From: Candidatus Peribacteria bacterium | GTDB lineage: Bacteria; Patescibacteriota; Gracilibacteria; UBA1369; UBA12463 | Assembly (NCBI GenBank): GCA_943354965.1 | Contig: CALRDN010000004.1 | Location: 13,121 to 77,120 of the forward strand | Length of the DNA: 64,000 nucleotides | Reading direction: 5' to 3' | Part shown: one piece after another, positions 9,717 to 20,556 of the stretch | Numbering within the stretch: position 1 is the first letter of the stretch | Layout: each line of letters starts with the position of its first letter | Translations under genes and position numbers: made by a program | The notes under the pieces: model-generated | Database searches by the model: none | Told to the model about the DNA's origin: nothing | The model's input: only the letters and a program-made list of their open reading frames with translations

Positions 9717-10814
9717 TCACTCTCTAAAGGCGTCCTTATTGGCCAAATACATCTCCGAAAACGTAATAACAAGAAGCGCGACTAATGGACCCAGTATCAA
9801 TCCGGAAGGGCCGTACACCGCCATGCCACCAAAAAGTGTTAGGAACATGAGGAGCGGATGGATATTCGCCTGTCGTCCAATAAAAAGTGGTTTCAAAAAA
9901 GCATCCACCGAAGACATGACCGTAGCGCACCAAACGGCAAGGAATATTGCCTGCACATGATCACCCGCGAGATAAAGCAATACTACCGTAGGTACCCAAA
10001 CTAACGCCGTACCTACATAGGGAATAGGAGAAAGAAAAGCAACAAATATACCCAATAGCAAAGGTCTCTGCACGCCAACAAGGGAAAAACCAATACTACC
10101 AATAATCCCCTGCATAAGCGCACTCAAAAGAACCCCATAAAAAACAATACTCATCAAAGAACGAATCTTTTTAAAAAGAATATCTTCTTGGTATTGAGGC
10201 AATAAACTATAATGAGCGATTTTTGAAACGATAACTTCTCCATCGCGAAAAAAATAAAAAAGTGTGAAAAGCATGACAAACAAGCCAAAAATGAAACGAA
10301 GAGAACCCTGGAGAATAAGCTGAGATTGTCTCACGAAAAAATCGGCAGCGCTACGTACAAAACCAATAAACTGATCGGCAATATTGATAGACTGCATGGG
10401 AATATCTGCGACAAGTCGTTGATACATATCATAAGGAAGGTGCCCGGGCGACCACTGGAATGCAGCATCCAGAACACCCGGCTGGAACCAATACTGCACA
10501 GATGTATACAAGGAAAGAACCTCCTCTTTGAGAATAAGAACAAGGGCCGTAAGTGGAAGCACGACAGCAAAAACAAAAAGCAAACATGAGATCAAGGCAG
10601 AAACGTTAGGACGAGGGACAAATCTAATAACCCAACGATGAACCGGAGCCAGCGCCGTCGCGGCTACGGCTGAAAAAATAATTATGGAGAAAAAGGGCTT
10701 AAGGAGAAGGGAAAAAAGGAAAAGTGCAACTAGGAAACAAAAAAACAAAAAATAGCTCGAAAAACCTCGAATTTGCAGATTTTGACCGGTTTTCTCCCCT
10801 AAGCTACTTATCAT
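9717..10814 (-). CDS. AI-2E family transporter
   Basis: Polytopic membrane protein; FYFFRDG, IPYVGTALVWVP, IHPLL..GG..YG..GLILGP motifs. Confidence 0.92.
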   Translation of the reverse strand: MISSLGEKTGQNLQIRGFSSYFLFFCFLVALFLFSLLLKPFFSIIIFSAVAATALAPVHRWVIRFVPRPNVSALISCLLFVFAVVLPLTALVLILKEEVLSLYTSVQYWFQPGVLDAAFQWSPGHLPYDMYQRLVADIPMQSINIADQFIGFVRSAADFFVRQSQLILQGSLRFIFGLFVMLFTLFYFFRDGEVIVSKIAHYSLLPQYQEDILFKKIRSLMSIVFYGVLLSALMQGIIGSIGFSLVGVQRPLLLGIFVAFLSPIPYVGTALVWVPTVVLLYLAGDHVQAIFLAVWCATVMSSVDAFLKPLFIGRQANIHPLLMFLTLFGGMAVYGPSGLILGPLVALLVITFSEMYLANKDAFRE

Positions 10815-10932
10815 TGTAATAAAGCTAATAGATAGGTAAAATAAGCTATCTGTGTCGTACTAACCCGCCTATCAGGAAGAATACAGTAATAATGAAGATA
10901 TTTATACTCATTTATGGTATAATAAACCTCGT

Positions 10933-12261
10933 ATGAACGAAATAACCTCAGACATAGCCGTTATCATAGCCCTCATCCTATTGAATGGATTTTTCTCCGG
11001 AACGGAGATGGCTGTCATTTCTCTTCGAAAAACACGACTCAAGCAGCTCGTGAAAAACGGCAATCGCAATGCGATGATTATCGAAAACTTCAAGAAAAAT
11101 CCGGAAGACCTCCTCGCTACCATCCAGGTTGGCTTAACTCTAGTTGGTACTATCGCATCAGCATATGCCGCTACGAAAATCGCTGTAGCACTCACGCCGC
11201 TATTGGAAAAATCATCGGTATCATTCATTTCACAAAACGCCGGAGGTCTTAGCTTGGCATTCATCGTTATTATGATTACCTACCTCACTATTGTATTCGG
11301 GGAACTCATTCCAAAATCACTTGCCATCAAGTTTTCAGAACCCTTTGCGCTCTTCGCCGCACGTCCAATCTACGCACTATCCAAAATATCATTTATCATT
11401 ACGAAATCTCTCACCATTTCAAGCAACCTGATCTTGAAAATATTTGGTGACAAAACAAGCTTCTCCGAAGGAAAACTTTCCGAAGATGAAATACGAATTA
11501 TGCTGCATGAGAGCCAGGAATCCGGCGTAATCAAAAAATACGAACATGAAATTATGGAAAACGTATTTGAATTTGCCGACATCGCCGTAGGTCAGGTAAT
11601 GATGCCACGTACCAAGATATTCGCCATTGATATCGATGCTCCGGTAGGAGAAAACATCAAGCTTATCATTGAATCAGGATACTCACGTATACCGATGTAC
11701 AAAGATTCAATCGATAATATCGTCGGCATTCTTAACGGAAAAGATCTTCTGCAGTATATTGAAAGAGGCCAGAGAGATGACGTAAATCTACTAAAACTAT
11801 CCCGAACACCATTCTATGTAACGAACACAGAGAGAATTAGCGCACTTTTGAGAAAATTCCAAAAAGAGAAAGTTCACCTCGCGGTAGTGACCGATGAATA
11901 TGGAGGTGTAGATGGCCTTATAACCATTGAAGATATCCTCGAAGAGCTCGTAGGTGAGATATCCGATGAAACTGATATGGAACAGAAATCCATCAGAAAG
12001 GAAAAAGATGGAGGCTATATCGTAGAGGGAGATACCAGTATCATCGATTTCAATAGGCACTTCAATACTCTCATTCCGGAAGATGAGACATACACTACCA
12101 TTTCCGGACTCCTCCAGGAGGTCTTTGAACGGCTACCAAAAATTGGCGAAAAAACGATCATAGATACCATGGAGTTCACCGTTCGCGACCGAACAAACAG
12201 AACAATACTAACAGCATACGTAAAACGTTTAGAGGAATCCGATCCATCAGTTGCAGTATAG
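10933..12261 (+). CDS. Hemolysin family / CNNM (DUF21-CBS-CorC) Mg/Co transport protein
   Basis: NGFFSGTEMA, GELIPKS, YSRIPMY, DEYGG..GLITIEDILEELVGEI. Confidence 0.94.
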   Translation: MNEITSDIAVIIALILLNGFFSGTEMAVISLRKTRLKQLVKNGNRNAMIIENFKKNPEDLLATIQVGLTLVGTIASAYAATKIAVALTPLLEKSSVSFISQNAGGLSLAFIVIMITYLTIVFGELIPKSLAIKFSEPFALFAARPIYALSKISFIITKSLTISSNLILKIFGDKTSFSEGKLSEDEIRIMLHESQESGVIKKYEHEIMENVFEFADIAVGQVMMPRTKIFAIDIDAPVGENIKLIIESGYSRIPMYKDSIDNIVGILNGKDLLQYIERGQRDDVNLLKLSRTPFYVTNTERISALLRKFQKEKVHLAVVTDEYGGVDGLITIEDILEELVGEISDETDMEQKSIRKEKDGGYIVEGDTSIIDFNRHFNTLIPEDETYTTISGLLQEVFERLPKIGEKTIIDTMEFTVRDRTNRTILTAYVKRLEESDPSVAV

Positions 12262-12275
12262 TACACAAAACTATT

Positions 12276-12677
12276 ATGGACCTCACCCTAAATCTACCAC
12301 CGGAAGTACTCCAAAAAGCACACGAACTGGGAATAAACCAACAAGATATTGTTGAAAAATTTGTAACAGGAAGTGGCGCCGGAGGTCAAAAAATCAACAA
12401 AACTGCCAGCTGCGTAATGCTGAAGCACATTCCAACCGGTACCATCGTACGATGCCAAAAACATAGAGAGCAGAGCAAAAATAGAGTATCCGCCTATAAA
12501 CTACTCATACTCAAGATTGAAGAACAAATAAAAGGAAGACACTCTGAATTGGCTCAAAAAATTCACAAGATCCGGAAACAGAAACAAAAACGTTCCAAGC
12601 GTGCCAAAGAAAAAATGCTCAAAGACAAGGCGCATAAAAGCGAAATCAAAGAACAACGAAAATCCGTACAACTGTGA
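12276..12677 (+). CDS. Codon-independent peptidyl-tRNA hydrolase, RF-1 domain (ArfB/C12orf65-like)
   Basis: GSGAGGQKINKT motif and basic C-terminal tail. Confidence 0.88.
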   Translation: MDLTLNLPPEVLQKAHELGINQQDIVEKFVTGSGAGGQKINKTASCVMLKHIPTGTIVRCQKHREQSKNRVSAYKLLILKIEEQIKGRHSELAQKIHKIRKQKQKRSKRAKEKMLKDKAHKSEIKEQRKSVQL

Positions 12678-12701
12678 CATAGTAATGCATTTAATTTAAA
12701 C

Positions 12702-12742
12702 TTGCCTTTTTATTGATGAACCTGTACCCTAGGTACGAGGTA
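12702..12742 (+). promoter_or_regulatory. Promoter with CsoR-type operator
   Basis: TTGCCT-17-TACCCT overlapped by GTACC-CTA-GGTAC (12724-12736) and TACC...GGTA. Confidence 0.6.
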
Positions 12743-12767
12743 GTAATTATTTTGTAATATCATACTA

Positions 12768-13037
12768 ATGGTAAAACATCCCCCTACGAAGAAATCAAAA
12801 TCCTTGAAACTCGTAAAACAGGCGAGAGGAACACTAGAAACCGTAATTGCCATGATGGAGAAGGACGCCTATTGCCCTGAGATTATTCAGCAAGTAGACA
12901 GTGTCGCAGGCCTGCTCAAATCCGTAAAAAGAGAACTTTTGGCCGGTCACCTGGATACATGCGCTGTCCATCAGCTCAAAGAAAACAAGGAAAAAGCCAT
13001 AAAGGAATTGCTCAAAATCTATAACCTCTCTAACTAA
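12768..13037 (+). CDS. csoR: CsoR/RcnR family copper-sensing repressor
   Basis: YCPEIIQQ...GHLDTC Cys-His-Cys ligands; first gene of copper locus. Confidence 0.9.
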   Translation: MVKHPPTKKSKSLKLVKQARGTLETVIAMMEKDAYCPEIIQQVDSVAGLLKSVKRELLAGHLDTCAVHQLKENKEKAIKELLKIYNLSN

Positions 13038-15304
13038 TGAATACCTCAAAAACATTCAAGATTAAGGGTATGCACTGTGCTTCATGCGCGGGCATTATTG
13101 AAAAAACTTTTCAAAAAACAGATGGAGTAACTTCTGCAGAAGTAAACTACGGAACCGAAGCGGCAAAAGTTTCATTTGATGCAGAAAAAATTAGCCCACA
13201 GGCCCTCTCGGAAAAGATCAAACCATTAGGATACTCGCTGGTCCTAGAGGAAAAATCATCAGGAGGAGCAGGGGTAAATCAACAGAAAGCGGAAAAATTG
13301 GCAGAACTTTCAGCAATGAAGAATCAAGTTATAACCGCCATACCTCTAACGATAATCAGCATATTTGTCATGGGTTGGGATATTCTGGCATCATTCGAAA
13401 AAGTAGAAATGATGTCTAATTTCTGGAGTGAATTCTTCCACCATCTCCTACCTCTCATGGCGACCTACATGTTATTCGTGGTAGGAAAGCCATATCTTCA
13501 AGGATTTTATAGATTTATGCGATACGGGAAGGCAAATATGGACACGCTCATCGGTATCGGTACATCCGCAGCTTATATCTATAGCGCTGCTGTTGGAGCA
13601 TTTAAAGAAAGTCTAAAGCCTTATATTAATGTAGAAAATACGTACTTCGATGTGACAATCGTCGTTATCGCATTTATCTCACTTGGAAAATATCTAGAGG
13701 CACGATCAAAAATAAAAACAGGTGACGCTATTGAAAAATTGCTCAATATGCAGGCAAAAACGGCTCTCGTCATTCGTGACGGAAAAGAAATAGAAATTCC
13801 CGTAGAGCAGGTAGTCCACGGCGAGCTCATCATTGTAAAACCCGCAGGGAAAATCCCTGTCGATGGAGTTATTACTGAAGGATCATCATATGTTGATGAA
13901 TCCATGCTCACGGGCGAGCCGATGCCGGTTAAGAAAACAATTGGAGACACTATCGCAGCAGGAACGATGAATACCAGCGGATCATTCACCTTCAAGGCGA
14001 CAAAAGTAGGATCGGAAACGATGATCGCGCATATCATTAAAATGGTAGAAGAAGCTCAGGGAAGCAAGGCACCTATTCAGGCACTTGCTGATAAAATTTC
14101 AAGTATATTTGTGCCAATTGTACTCGTCCTCGCATTTCTAGATCTAGGAATATGGCTCACGGTAGGAACAGCATATTTGGGCTTCTCTCAGGCACTTTCG
14201 TTCGGTCTCATGTCATTCGTAGGCATCCTCGTGATCGCCTGTCCTTGCGCACTGGGACTCGCTACGCCAACAGCTATTATCGTTGGAGTTGGAAAAGGAG
14301 CCCGTGAAGGCATTCTCATCAAAGACGCAGCCACACTCGAAAAATTATACAAAGTCACCGATGTTGTCGTCGACAAAACAGGAACCATCACCAAAGGAAA
14401 ACCGGAGCTGACATCCATTCAAAATAGCTCTCAGAAAAGCGATAATGAACTTATTGCGATACTCGCATCCCTGGAAAATAAATCAGAACATCCAATCTCT
14501 CACGCTATCACCGTTCATGCAAAAGAGAAAAACATATCACTCTCCCCTGTCGAAGATTTTGAAATGATAAAAGGAAAAGGAATCAAAGGCACCATCGGGA
14601 AAACGCAGTACTATGCGGGAAATACGAAACTTATAGAAGATCTTAAAATTTCATTTAATAAAAATTCCATAGAAAAAGAAACTCTCGAAGGAAAAACACC
14701 AATCATTCTCGCAACGAAAGAAAATATTCTTGGAATAATACTTATCGCCGATGCCATCAAGCCGGAGGCAATCGAGGCGGTCGCGCGACTGCATCAGCTC
14801 GGTATCCAAATAACGATGCTCACAGGAGACAACAAAAACACCGCAGCATTTATAGCCAAACAGGTAGGAATAGACGAGGTGGTTTCTGATGTAATGCCAG
14901 AAGCAAAACTCGACAAGATCAAAGAACTTCAGGCTCAGGGCAAAGTCGTCGCAATGGCTGGAGATGGCGTAAATGACGCGCCGGCGCTCGCCCAGGCGGA
15001 CGTAGGAATCGCTATGGCCACAGGAACAGATGTAGCTATCGAGTCGGCGGGAATCACCTTACTCAATGGAGATATCTCAAAATTAGTGAAGGCGATCGCC
15101 CTCTCGAAAATGACGATGCGCGGCATTAAACAAAATCTCTTCTGGGCATTTTTCTATAATGTCGTTGGAATTCCACTCGCCGGAGGAGTATTTTATCCCG
15201 TATTCGGACTTCTTCTCAATCCGGTGTTTGCCGGCCTGGCAATGGCGTTCTCGAGTGTTTCTGTCGTAGGAAACTCCCTCCGCATCAAAGCAAAAAAATT
15301 ATAA
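13037..15304 (+). CDS. copA: Copper-translocating P1B-type ATPase
   Basis: GMHCASC HMA domain, TGE, CPC, DKTGT, SEHP, GDGVND, YN and MxxSS. Confidence 0.96.
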   Translation: MNTSKTFKIKGMHCASCAGIIEKTFQKTDGVTSAEVNYGTEAAKVSFDAEKISPQALSEKIKPLGYSLVLEEKSSGGAGVNQQKAEKLAELSAMKNQVITAIPLTIISIFVMGWDILASFEKVEMMSNFWSEFFHHLLPLMATYMLFVVGKPYLQGFYRFMRYGKANMDTLIGIGTSAAYIYSAAVGAFKESLKPYINVENTYFDVTIVVIAFISLGKYLEARSKIKTGDAIEKLLNMQAKTALVIRDGKEIEIPVEQVVHGELIIVKPAGKIPVDGVITEGSSYVDESMLTGEPMPVKKTIGDTIAAGTMNTSGSFTFKATKVGSETMIAHIIKMVEEAQGSKAPIQALADKISSIFVPIVLVLAFLDLGIWLTVGTAYLGFSQALSFGLMSFVGILVIACPCALGLATPTAIIVGVGKGAREGILIKDAATLEKLYKVTDVVVDKTGTITKGKPELTSIQNSSQKSDNELIAILASLENKSEHPISHAITVHAKEKNISLSPVEDFEMIKGKGIKGTIGKTQYYAGNTKLIEDLKISFNKNSIEKETLEGKTPIILATKENILGIILIADAIKPEAIEAVARLHQLGIQITMLTGDNKNTAAFIAKQVGIDEVVSDVMPEAKLDKIKELQAQGKVVAMAGDGVNDAPALAQADVGIAMATGTDVAIESAGITLLNGDISKLVKAIALSKMTMRGIKQNLFWAFFYNVVGIPLAGGVFYPVFGLLLNPVFAGLAMAFSSVSVVGNSLRIKAKKL

Positions 15305-15338
15305 TATTCTCAAATCATAACTTTTGACACTCCCCTCT

Positions 15339-16361
15339 ATGCAAAAAACATTTATCTTCCACGTTACCGGAATGCACTGCAAAGCCTGCATCATGATGAT
15401 TGAAAGTGAGCTACAGGATCTGCCAAATATCACACGCTCATCAGTAAGTCTCAAGGCACACACCGCTGAAGTAACAGGCGATTTCGGCGATAAAAGTCCC
15501 GAAGCAATTGCGGAAGAATTAACGAAGGTATTAGAAAAACGCGGATACAGCCTTTCGGTAGAGAAGAAAAATCAGGACAAAAAATGGAACGAATTCAAAA
15601 CGGCTATTCCAGTAGCTCTCGCATTCATGGCAGCCTTTTATATACTTCAAAAAGTTGGACTCATAAATCTTATCAGTACCAGTAAAGTATCGTATGGCAC
15701 CGCATTCGTTGTGGGAATAGTAGCATCACTATCGACGTGCATGGCTGTTGTTGGCGGTCTACTCCTCTCCATGTCAGCAACATTCGCAAAGGAAGGAGAT
15801 AAAATACGGCCTCAAATCCTCTTCCACATCGGACGAATAGTTTCATTTTTCATTCTCGGTGGTGTAATCGGATCGATTGGATCAGCCTTTCAACTCAATG
15901 TTACAGCCACTTTCGTCCTTGGTATCATTATAGGAATCGTGATGCTCATTCTGGGCATTAACCTCCTCGATGTTTTTCCATGGGCAAAAAGATTCCAACC
16001 AGGTATGCCAAAATTTCTCTCAAAACATGCGATGGGAATTTCTGAAATAAATCATACATTAACGCCGGTTCTCGTAGGTATCGCTACATTTTTTCTCCCA
16101 TGCGGATTTACACAGTCCATGCAAATCTATACACTCTCGACAGGTAACTTCCTCACGGGCGCCCTCACTATGCTCTCATTTGCACTTGGGACGCTTCCAG
16201 TACTGGGTCTCATTAGTTTTAGCTCATTTAGTATTCAGCAGAGCTCAAAAGCAGGAATTTTCTTCAAAACAGCAGGACTCATCGTTATTATTTTCGCCCT
16301 ATTTAACATCATCAACAGTCTGGCCGTGATAGGAATCATTCCCCCTATCTTTAACTTTTAA
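15339..16361 (+). CDS. HMA domain + DsbD_2/TauE-like membrane protein
   Basis: GMHCKAC; STCMAVVGG and FFLPCGFTQ motifs. Confidence 0.88.
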   Translation: MQKTFIFHVTGMHCKACIMMIESELQDLPNITRSSVSLKAHTAEVTGDFGDKSPEAIAEELTKVLEKRGYSLSVEKKNQDKKWNEFKTAIPVALAFMAAFYILQKVGLINLISTSKVSYGTAFVVGIVASLSTCMAVVGGLLLSMSATFAKEGDKIRPQILFHIGRIVSFFILGGVIGSIGSAFQLNVTATFVLGIIIGIVMLILGINLLDVFPWAKRFQPGMPKFLSKHAMGISEINHTLTPVLVGIATFFLPCGFTQSMQIYTLSTGNFLTGALTMLSFALGTLPVLGLISFSSFSIQQSSKAGIFFKTAGLIVIIFALFNIINSLAVIGIIPPIFNF

Positions 16362-16384
16362 TTCGAAAGAACTACAATACATCT

Positions 16385-16777
16385 ATGAAAACAATAACAT
16401 TCTCTCTACTCGCAATACTCCTTCTCGGAGGTATGTATCTCGCTGCGCAAGAAAACTCTTATCAAGACGAAGCCTCTGGAGAATCAGCAAATAACGTCAC
16501 CATGGAAGATGGCAAACAAATAATAGCCATCACGGCAAGAGGTGGGTACTCCCCGAAAGTTAGTAATGCCAAAGCGGAAATACCAACGATCATTAGAATG
16601 AAAACAAAAGGTGCGTTTGACTGCTCATCCTCAGTGGTAATTCCAAGTATCGGATATCAGGGCTTTCTCCCAACATCAGGCGAAACCAATATTGACGTAC
16701 CGGCACAAAAAGCAGGCACTACGCTCCAGGGCATGTGCGGAATGGGAATGTATCGATTTCAGATACAATTCAGCTAA
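16385..16777 (+). CDS. Exported cupredoxin-domain protein
   Basis: Signal peptide; GGYSP, C-terminal CGMGMY. Confidence 0.87.
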   Translation: MKTITFSLLAILLLGGMYLAAQENSYQDEASGESANNVTMEDGKQIIAITARGGYSPKVSNAKAEIPTIIRMKTKGAFDCSSSVVIPSIGYQGFLPTSGETNIDVPAQKAGTTLQGMCGMGMYRFQIQFS

Positions 16778-16793
16778 AGGCAAGTACATAGCG

Positions 16794-17030
16794 TTATGCA
16801 TGCTTCTCAATCTTAATAATTCGCATCGGACAGACATCAGCAGCATCTCTATTCGCCTTCTCATCTTCTTCAAAAATATCTGCAACATAGAGGTTACCTT
16901 TTTGAACAGAATCGTTCAGCAAAACTTTTCCCTCTTTCTCATCCATCACCCACGTTTGAGGGGCGATACAGACGCAGGAGTTACATCCAATACATCGGGA
17001 ACGATCGTGAACAATTTTAAGCGATGACAC
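16794..17030 (-). CDS. Ferredoxin
   Basis: CIGCNSC...CP; probable GTG start at 17030 overlapping U32 stop. Confidence 0.87.
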   Translation of the reverse strand: MSSLKIVHDRSRCIGCNSCVCIAPQTWVMDEKEGKVLLNDSVQKGNLYVADIFEEDEKANRDAADVCPMRIIKIEKHA

Positions 17031-18267
17031 GGGCAATAGGCTTACGGAGTAAATATAACTTATCATTTCTATGGACCGCACGTGGTACAGGCATCGTTAT
17101 CGTTACGCCCTTTCCGGATTTCTCTACGAAAGCATCATCAATCTTCATCTCCTTCACATGGTCCTGAATAAGACCCGTAGCCTTGCCCATAATGGCATAC
17201 TTATCACCCTTATTAATTTCATTCGCCTGAACTTCTATCTCAGCAACGCCAGCCTTATCGAAATAATGAACAACATTACCCACATACACCCGCTCCTCAG
17301 TCGCATGATTTCCCGGGTCTCCACTCCACTCCGGAAGTTTCCTTCCTAAATAGTATCCTTCCGTGAATCCTCGATTATAAACCGTCTCCAACTCTTTCAT
17401 CCAGGAAGTAATTTTCTCAGGGGTAAATGTTCCTGCAAGCACGGCATCAGCCGCCTCTCGATAGACTCGCACAACCGTAGCGACATATACCGGAGAACGT
17501 CCGCGTCCCTCGATTTTCAGCACACTCACGCCAGTATCAATGAGTGCATCCAGAAATGGCAAGGTGCAAAGATCCTTCGGGCTCAAGACATACTCGTTAT
17601 CAACCACCATCTCCTTCCCGGTCTCGTCATCAATAATTCGATACTTACGACGACACTCCTGGAGGCAGGCGCCACGCTGAGCGGAAGTATTGTTCTGCAG
17701 CAAGCTCATATGGCAACGTCCGCTCTGCGCAATGCAAAGCGCCCCATGCACAAAAACCTCAATACGAACCAACTCACCCGCAGGACCACGAACTTGTTCT
17801 TTTTCAATGCCATCACAAATTCGTTTCATCATGGGAATATCCACCTCACGTGCCAGAACAATCGTATCCGCAAACTGCGCATAAAATTTCACACTCTCAA
17901 AATTAGAAATGGAAAGTTGCGTAGAGGCCTGTACCGGCATACCGATCTGACGCGCATACTGAATCGCCGCAATATCCTGAGCAATAATCGCATTGATACC
18001 GGCCGCTTTCGCGGCCTCCACAATCGTACGCATCATCGACATATCATGCTCATACAGCAAAACATTCAAGGTAATATAACTCCGTATACCGGCCACCTTG
18101 CAGCGATCCGCTACCTCTTTCAGCTCCTCCAGCGTAAAGTTATGAGCCGCCCTCGTACGCATATTCAACTGCGCCACTCCGAAATAAATACTATTACATC
18201 CCGCATCAATAGAAGCACCAAGTGCCTCAAAAGACCCAACCGGAGCCATAATTTCTATTTTTCTCAT
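17017..18267 (-). CDS. Peptidase U32 family Fe-S hydroxylase (TrhP/RlhA-like)
   Basis: EIMAPVG, ASTQ, LARE, EVFVHGALCIAQSGRC, RGACLQECR, SPKDL, KIEGR. Confidence 0.93.
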   Translation of the reverse strand: MRKIEIMAPVGSFEALGASIDAGCNSIYFGVAQLNMRTRAAHNFTLEELKEVADRCKVAGIRSYITLNVLLYEHDMSMMRTIVEAAKAAGINAIIAQDIAAIQYARQIGMPVQASTQLSISNFESVKFYAQFADTIVLAREVDIPMMKRICDGIEKEQVRGPAGELVRIEVFVHGALCIAQSGRCHMSLLQNNTSAQRGACLQECRRKYRIIDDETGKEMVVDNEYVLSPKDLCTLPFLDALIDTGVSVLKIEGRGRSPVYVATVVRVYREAADAVLAGTFTPEKITSWMKELETVYNRGFTEGYYLGRKLPEWSGDPGNHATEERVYVGNVVHYFDKAGVAEIEVQANEINKGDKYAIMGKATGLIQDHVKEMKIDDAFVEKSGKGVTITMPVPRAVHRNDKLYLLRKPIARVIA

Positions 18268-18390
18268 GCGCCAATTCTTCCGCAAAAGCCGGGTAAAGTA
18301 AATGGGAAAATGACTTGATCCAGGAATAATTATTGAAATTACAAGAAATTAGGACTATAAAGCCATTAGACCACATAAAAAAAAATAGGT

Positions 18391-19170
18391 ATGTATACGA
18401 GAATATCATCATACGTCACCCTCATAATAGCCATTTGCCTCATTCCGGGAATAGGACTTGCATCAAGCGATAACGCCAAAACGGCACTCCTGAAGAGAAT
18501 CGGTCCAAACGCACAAGAACTAACATCCCTATCGGAAATTGGGCTCGATTTCTATTCACAAAAAGGAAAAATATCAATTCTCGTTACGAAATATGAAGTA
18601 AATAAAGATGGATCAACATGGAGCCGGATACGATTAAAGAAACTTCTTAGTTCGGACGCGGCATCCTTTTAGAAAATCAGCAAGACGCTTTATATAGACA
18701 AAAACGCGCTCTACTATGTAAAAAATGAAAGAGGAAGACTTGATCTCGTCCGAAACCCAAAAATAAAAAATCAAATTACGATACTCAGAAAATATAGATC
18801 CTACATGGACATGTGGAGCATTATCGAAAATAACAATCATCTATTCTGGTCGGTAGACGACAAAAACTTTTACGAACTAAATGGCTTCAATAGCAACGAA
18901 TTCGAAGAAATAGGCGCTACGGATAACATGATCATCTTTAAGGACAAAAAATCAGTGTATTACGGAATGATACAGAAATCATATAGGTATGATATGAGCG
19001 ACGTTGTCGTTGAACAAATAAAAGATGCTGATCCGGAAACGTTTACAATGCTAAGTGCAGAAAATGCTCAAGATAAAAATGCCACATACTATTTCGGCAC
19101 AACACAAAAGGAGATAGAAAAAGGCTTCTATGAGGTATTTCGAAACAAGCCCGTGAGAACAATTACATAA
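18391..19170 (+). pseudogene. DKNYY-repeat secreted protein interrupted by an in-frame TAG (18670-18672)
   Basis: ORFs 18391-18672 and 18805-19170 are in the same frame with no other stop between; DAASF*KISKTLYIDKNALYY and DADPETF...QDKNATYY repeats. Confidence 0.75.
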
Positions 19171-19250
19171 ACTACTTAGGCGACAATTCATCATCTTGAA
19201 TTTAATACTCTTTTCATGGATAGTAAGAGCACCTCATTACTCCAAAACAC

Positions 19251-19727
19251 ATGACTAAAAAAATCATCCAAGCGATCGTTTCAATTCTCGGCTGTCTGTC
19301 AGTAGGAATCGTAGGATCTCTCTTCACCGCTCCCGCTATCCCGAATTGGTATAGCACGCTCAGCAAGCCATTTTTCAGCCCTCCATCATGGGTATTCGGA
19401 CCGGCATGGACCATCCTCTATATCCTCATCGGTATCTCGCTCTTCCTAGTATGGACCAAAAAAGCCGATAGCGACATCAAGCGAAATGCCCTCTATATCT
19501 TCTTCGCACAGCTCTTCTTGAACGCCATCTGGTCTCCTATTTTCTTTGGCCTGCAATCCCCCTTCACCGCACTCATCATCATCGCCCTTCTCTGGGTTAC
19601 GATTATTATCAACATAAACGTCTTCTACAAAGTCTCAAAAACGGCTGCACTACTGCTCATTCCCTATTTACTCTGGGTAAGTTTCGCAAGTGTTCTCAAC
19701 TTCGCCATATGGCAGCTAAACATATAA
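19251..19727 (+). CDS. tspO: TspO/MBR tryptophan-rich sensory protein
   Basis: WYSTLSKPFFSPPSWVFGPAWTILY; LNAIWSPIFF; PYLLWVSFA. Confidence 0.95.
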   Translation: MTKKIIQAIVSILGCLSVGIVGSLFTAPAIPNWYSTLSKPFFSPPSWVFGPAWTILYILIGISLFLVWTKKADSDIKRNALYIFFAQLFLNAIWSPIFFGLQSPFTALIIIALLWVTIIININVFYKVSKTAALLLIPYLLWVSFASVLNFAIWQLNI

Positions 19728-19729
19728 AC

Positions 19730-20230
19730 GTGCTAGTGAAGGTGAATGATAAGATGCAAAAACATTGCAGCTACGTTCTCACTGAGCCGGTAGGCAAACA
19801 CTTTCATCAAGATTTCAAACCCGAACTTACCCCTAAAGAGATGCTCGAATTAGGTGTTTTCGGTGGTCGATATATGACTGACTGCAAAAAGGAGTTCCCT
19901 GAAAGTTGGTACAAGAAAGCCAAACTCTGCCCGCAACGCCATGATGCTGCACTGAATTATTTTGGAGTAAACGCCTCGCAGCCACTTTCGGTTTGGCGGA
20001 AAAAAGACTGGATTCATCCTGCCGATCCAAGAGGCTGGTTTCAATGGTACTGCCGCTACTATATGGGTAGACGCATGCCGGAAGAAGATCTAAGACAAAT
20101 CAAAAGATGGAGAGCCATGACGCGGCACATAGCTCAACTCAAGAAAAACTGTCATCCCGGAGACTTCAACTGTCGAAGAAAGCAACGACAAGCGCTCCTG
20201 CACTGGGCCTATGATACTCGGAAGATGTAG
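19730..20230 (+). CDS. Conserved hypothetical protein (DPRGWFQWYCRYY family)
   Basis: LTPKEMLELGVFGGRY, DPRGWFQWYCRYYMGRR, RQALLHWAYD; probable GTG start 19730. Confidence 0.82.
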   Translation: MLVKVNDKMQKHCSYVLTEPVGKHFHQDFKPELTPKEMLELGVFGGRYMTDCKKEFPESWYKKAKLCPQRHDAALNYFGVNASQPLSVWRKKDWIHPADPRGWFQWYCRYYMGRRMPEEDLRQIKRWRAMTRHIAQLKKNCHPGDFNCRRKQRQALLHWAYDTRKM

Positions 20231-20237
20231 AAGGGAG

Positions 20238-20525
20238 CTATTTACTCCAAAACCCCATAAAAACCATCAAGACAAACACCACTTTCACGATATAGCCGCC
20301 ACTAGGATCGATAAACATTTTCGTCAAAGGCGTCTGGGATCCGACGAGAATATGCACAAGAATACTTACCGGGACTACAAACCACATCATCTGAACACGG
20401 GAAAGCTTCAATCCCATCTTTTGCAAATACGGAGCGAGGAAATACACCGCCAAAAATGACGCGGCAAAATCAAAAATAGCGAAAGGCCCAACTCTGAATG
20501 AACGTAAAAAAGTAATAATATTCAT
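20238..20525 (-). CDS. Small membrane protein
   Basis: 95 aa, three hydrophobic segments, fills intergenic space. Confidence 0.72.
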   Translation of the reverse strand: MNIITFLRSFRVGPFAIFDFAASFLAVYFLAPYLQKMGLKLSRVQMMWFVVPVSILVHILVGSQTPLTKMFIDPSGGYIVKVVFVLMVFMGFWSK

Positions 20526-20556
20526 AGAAAAAAGTTGAGCCTTTTTAGCAAACTAA

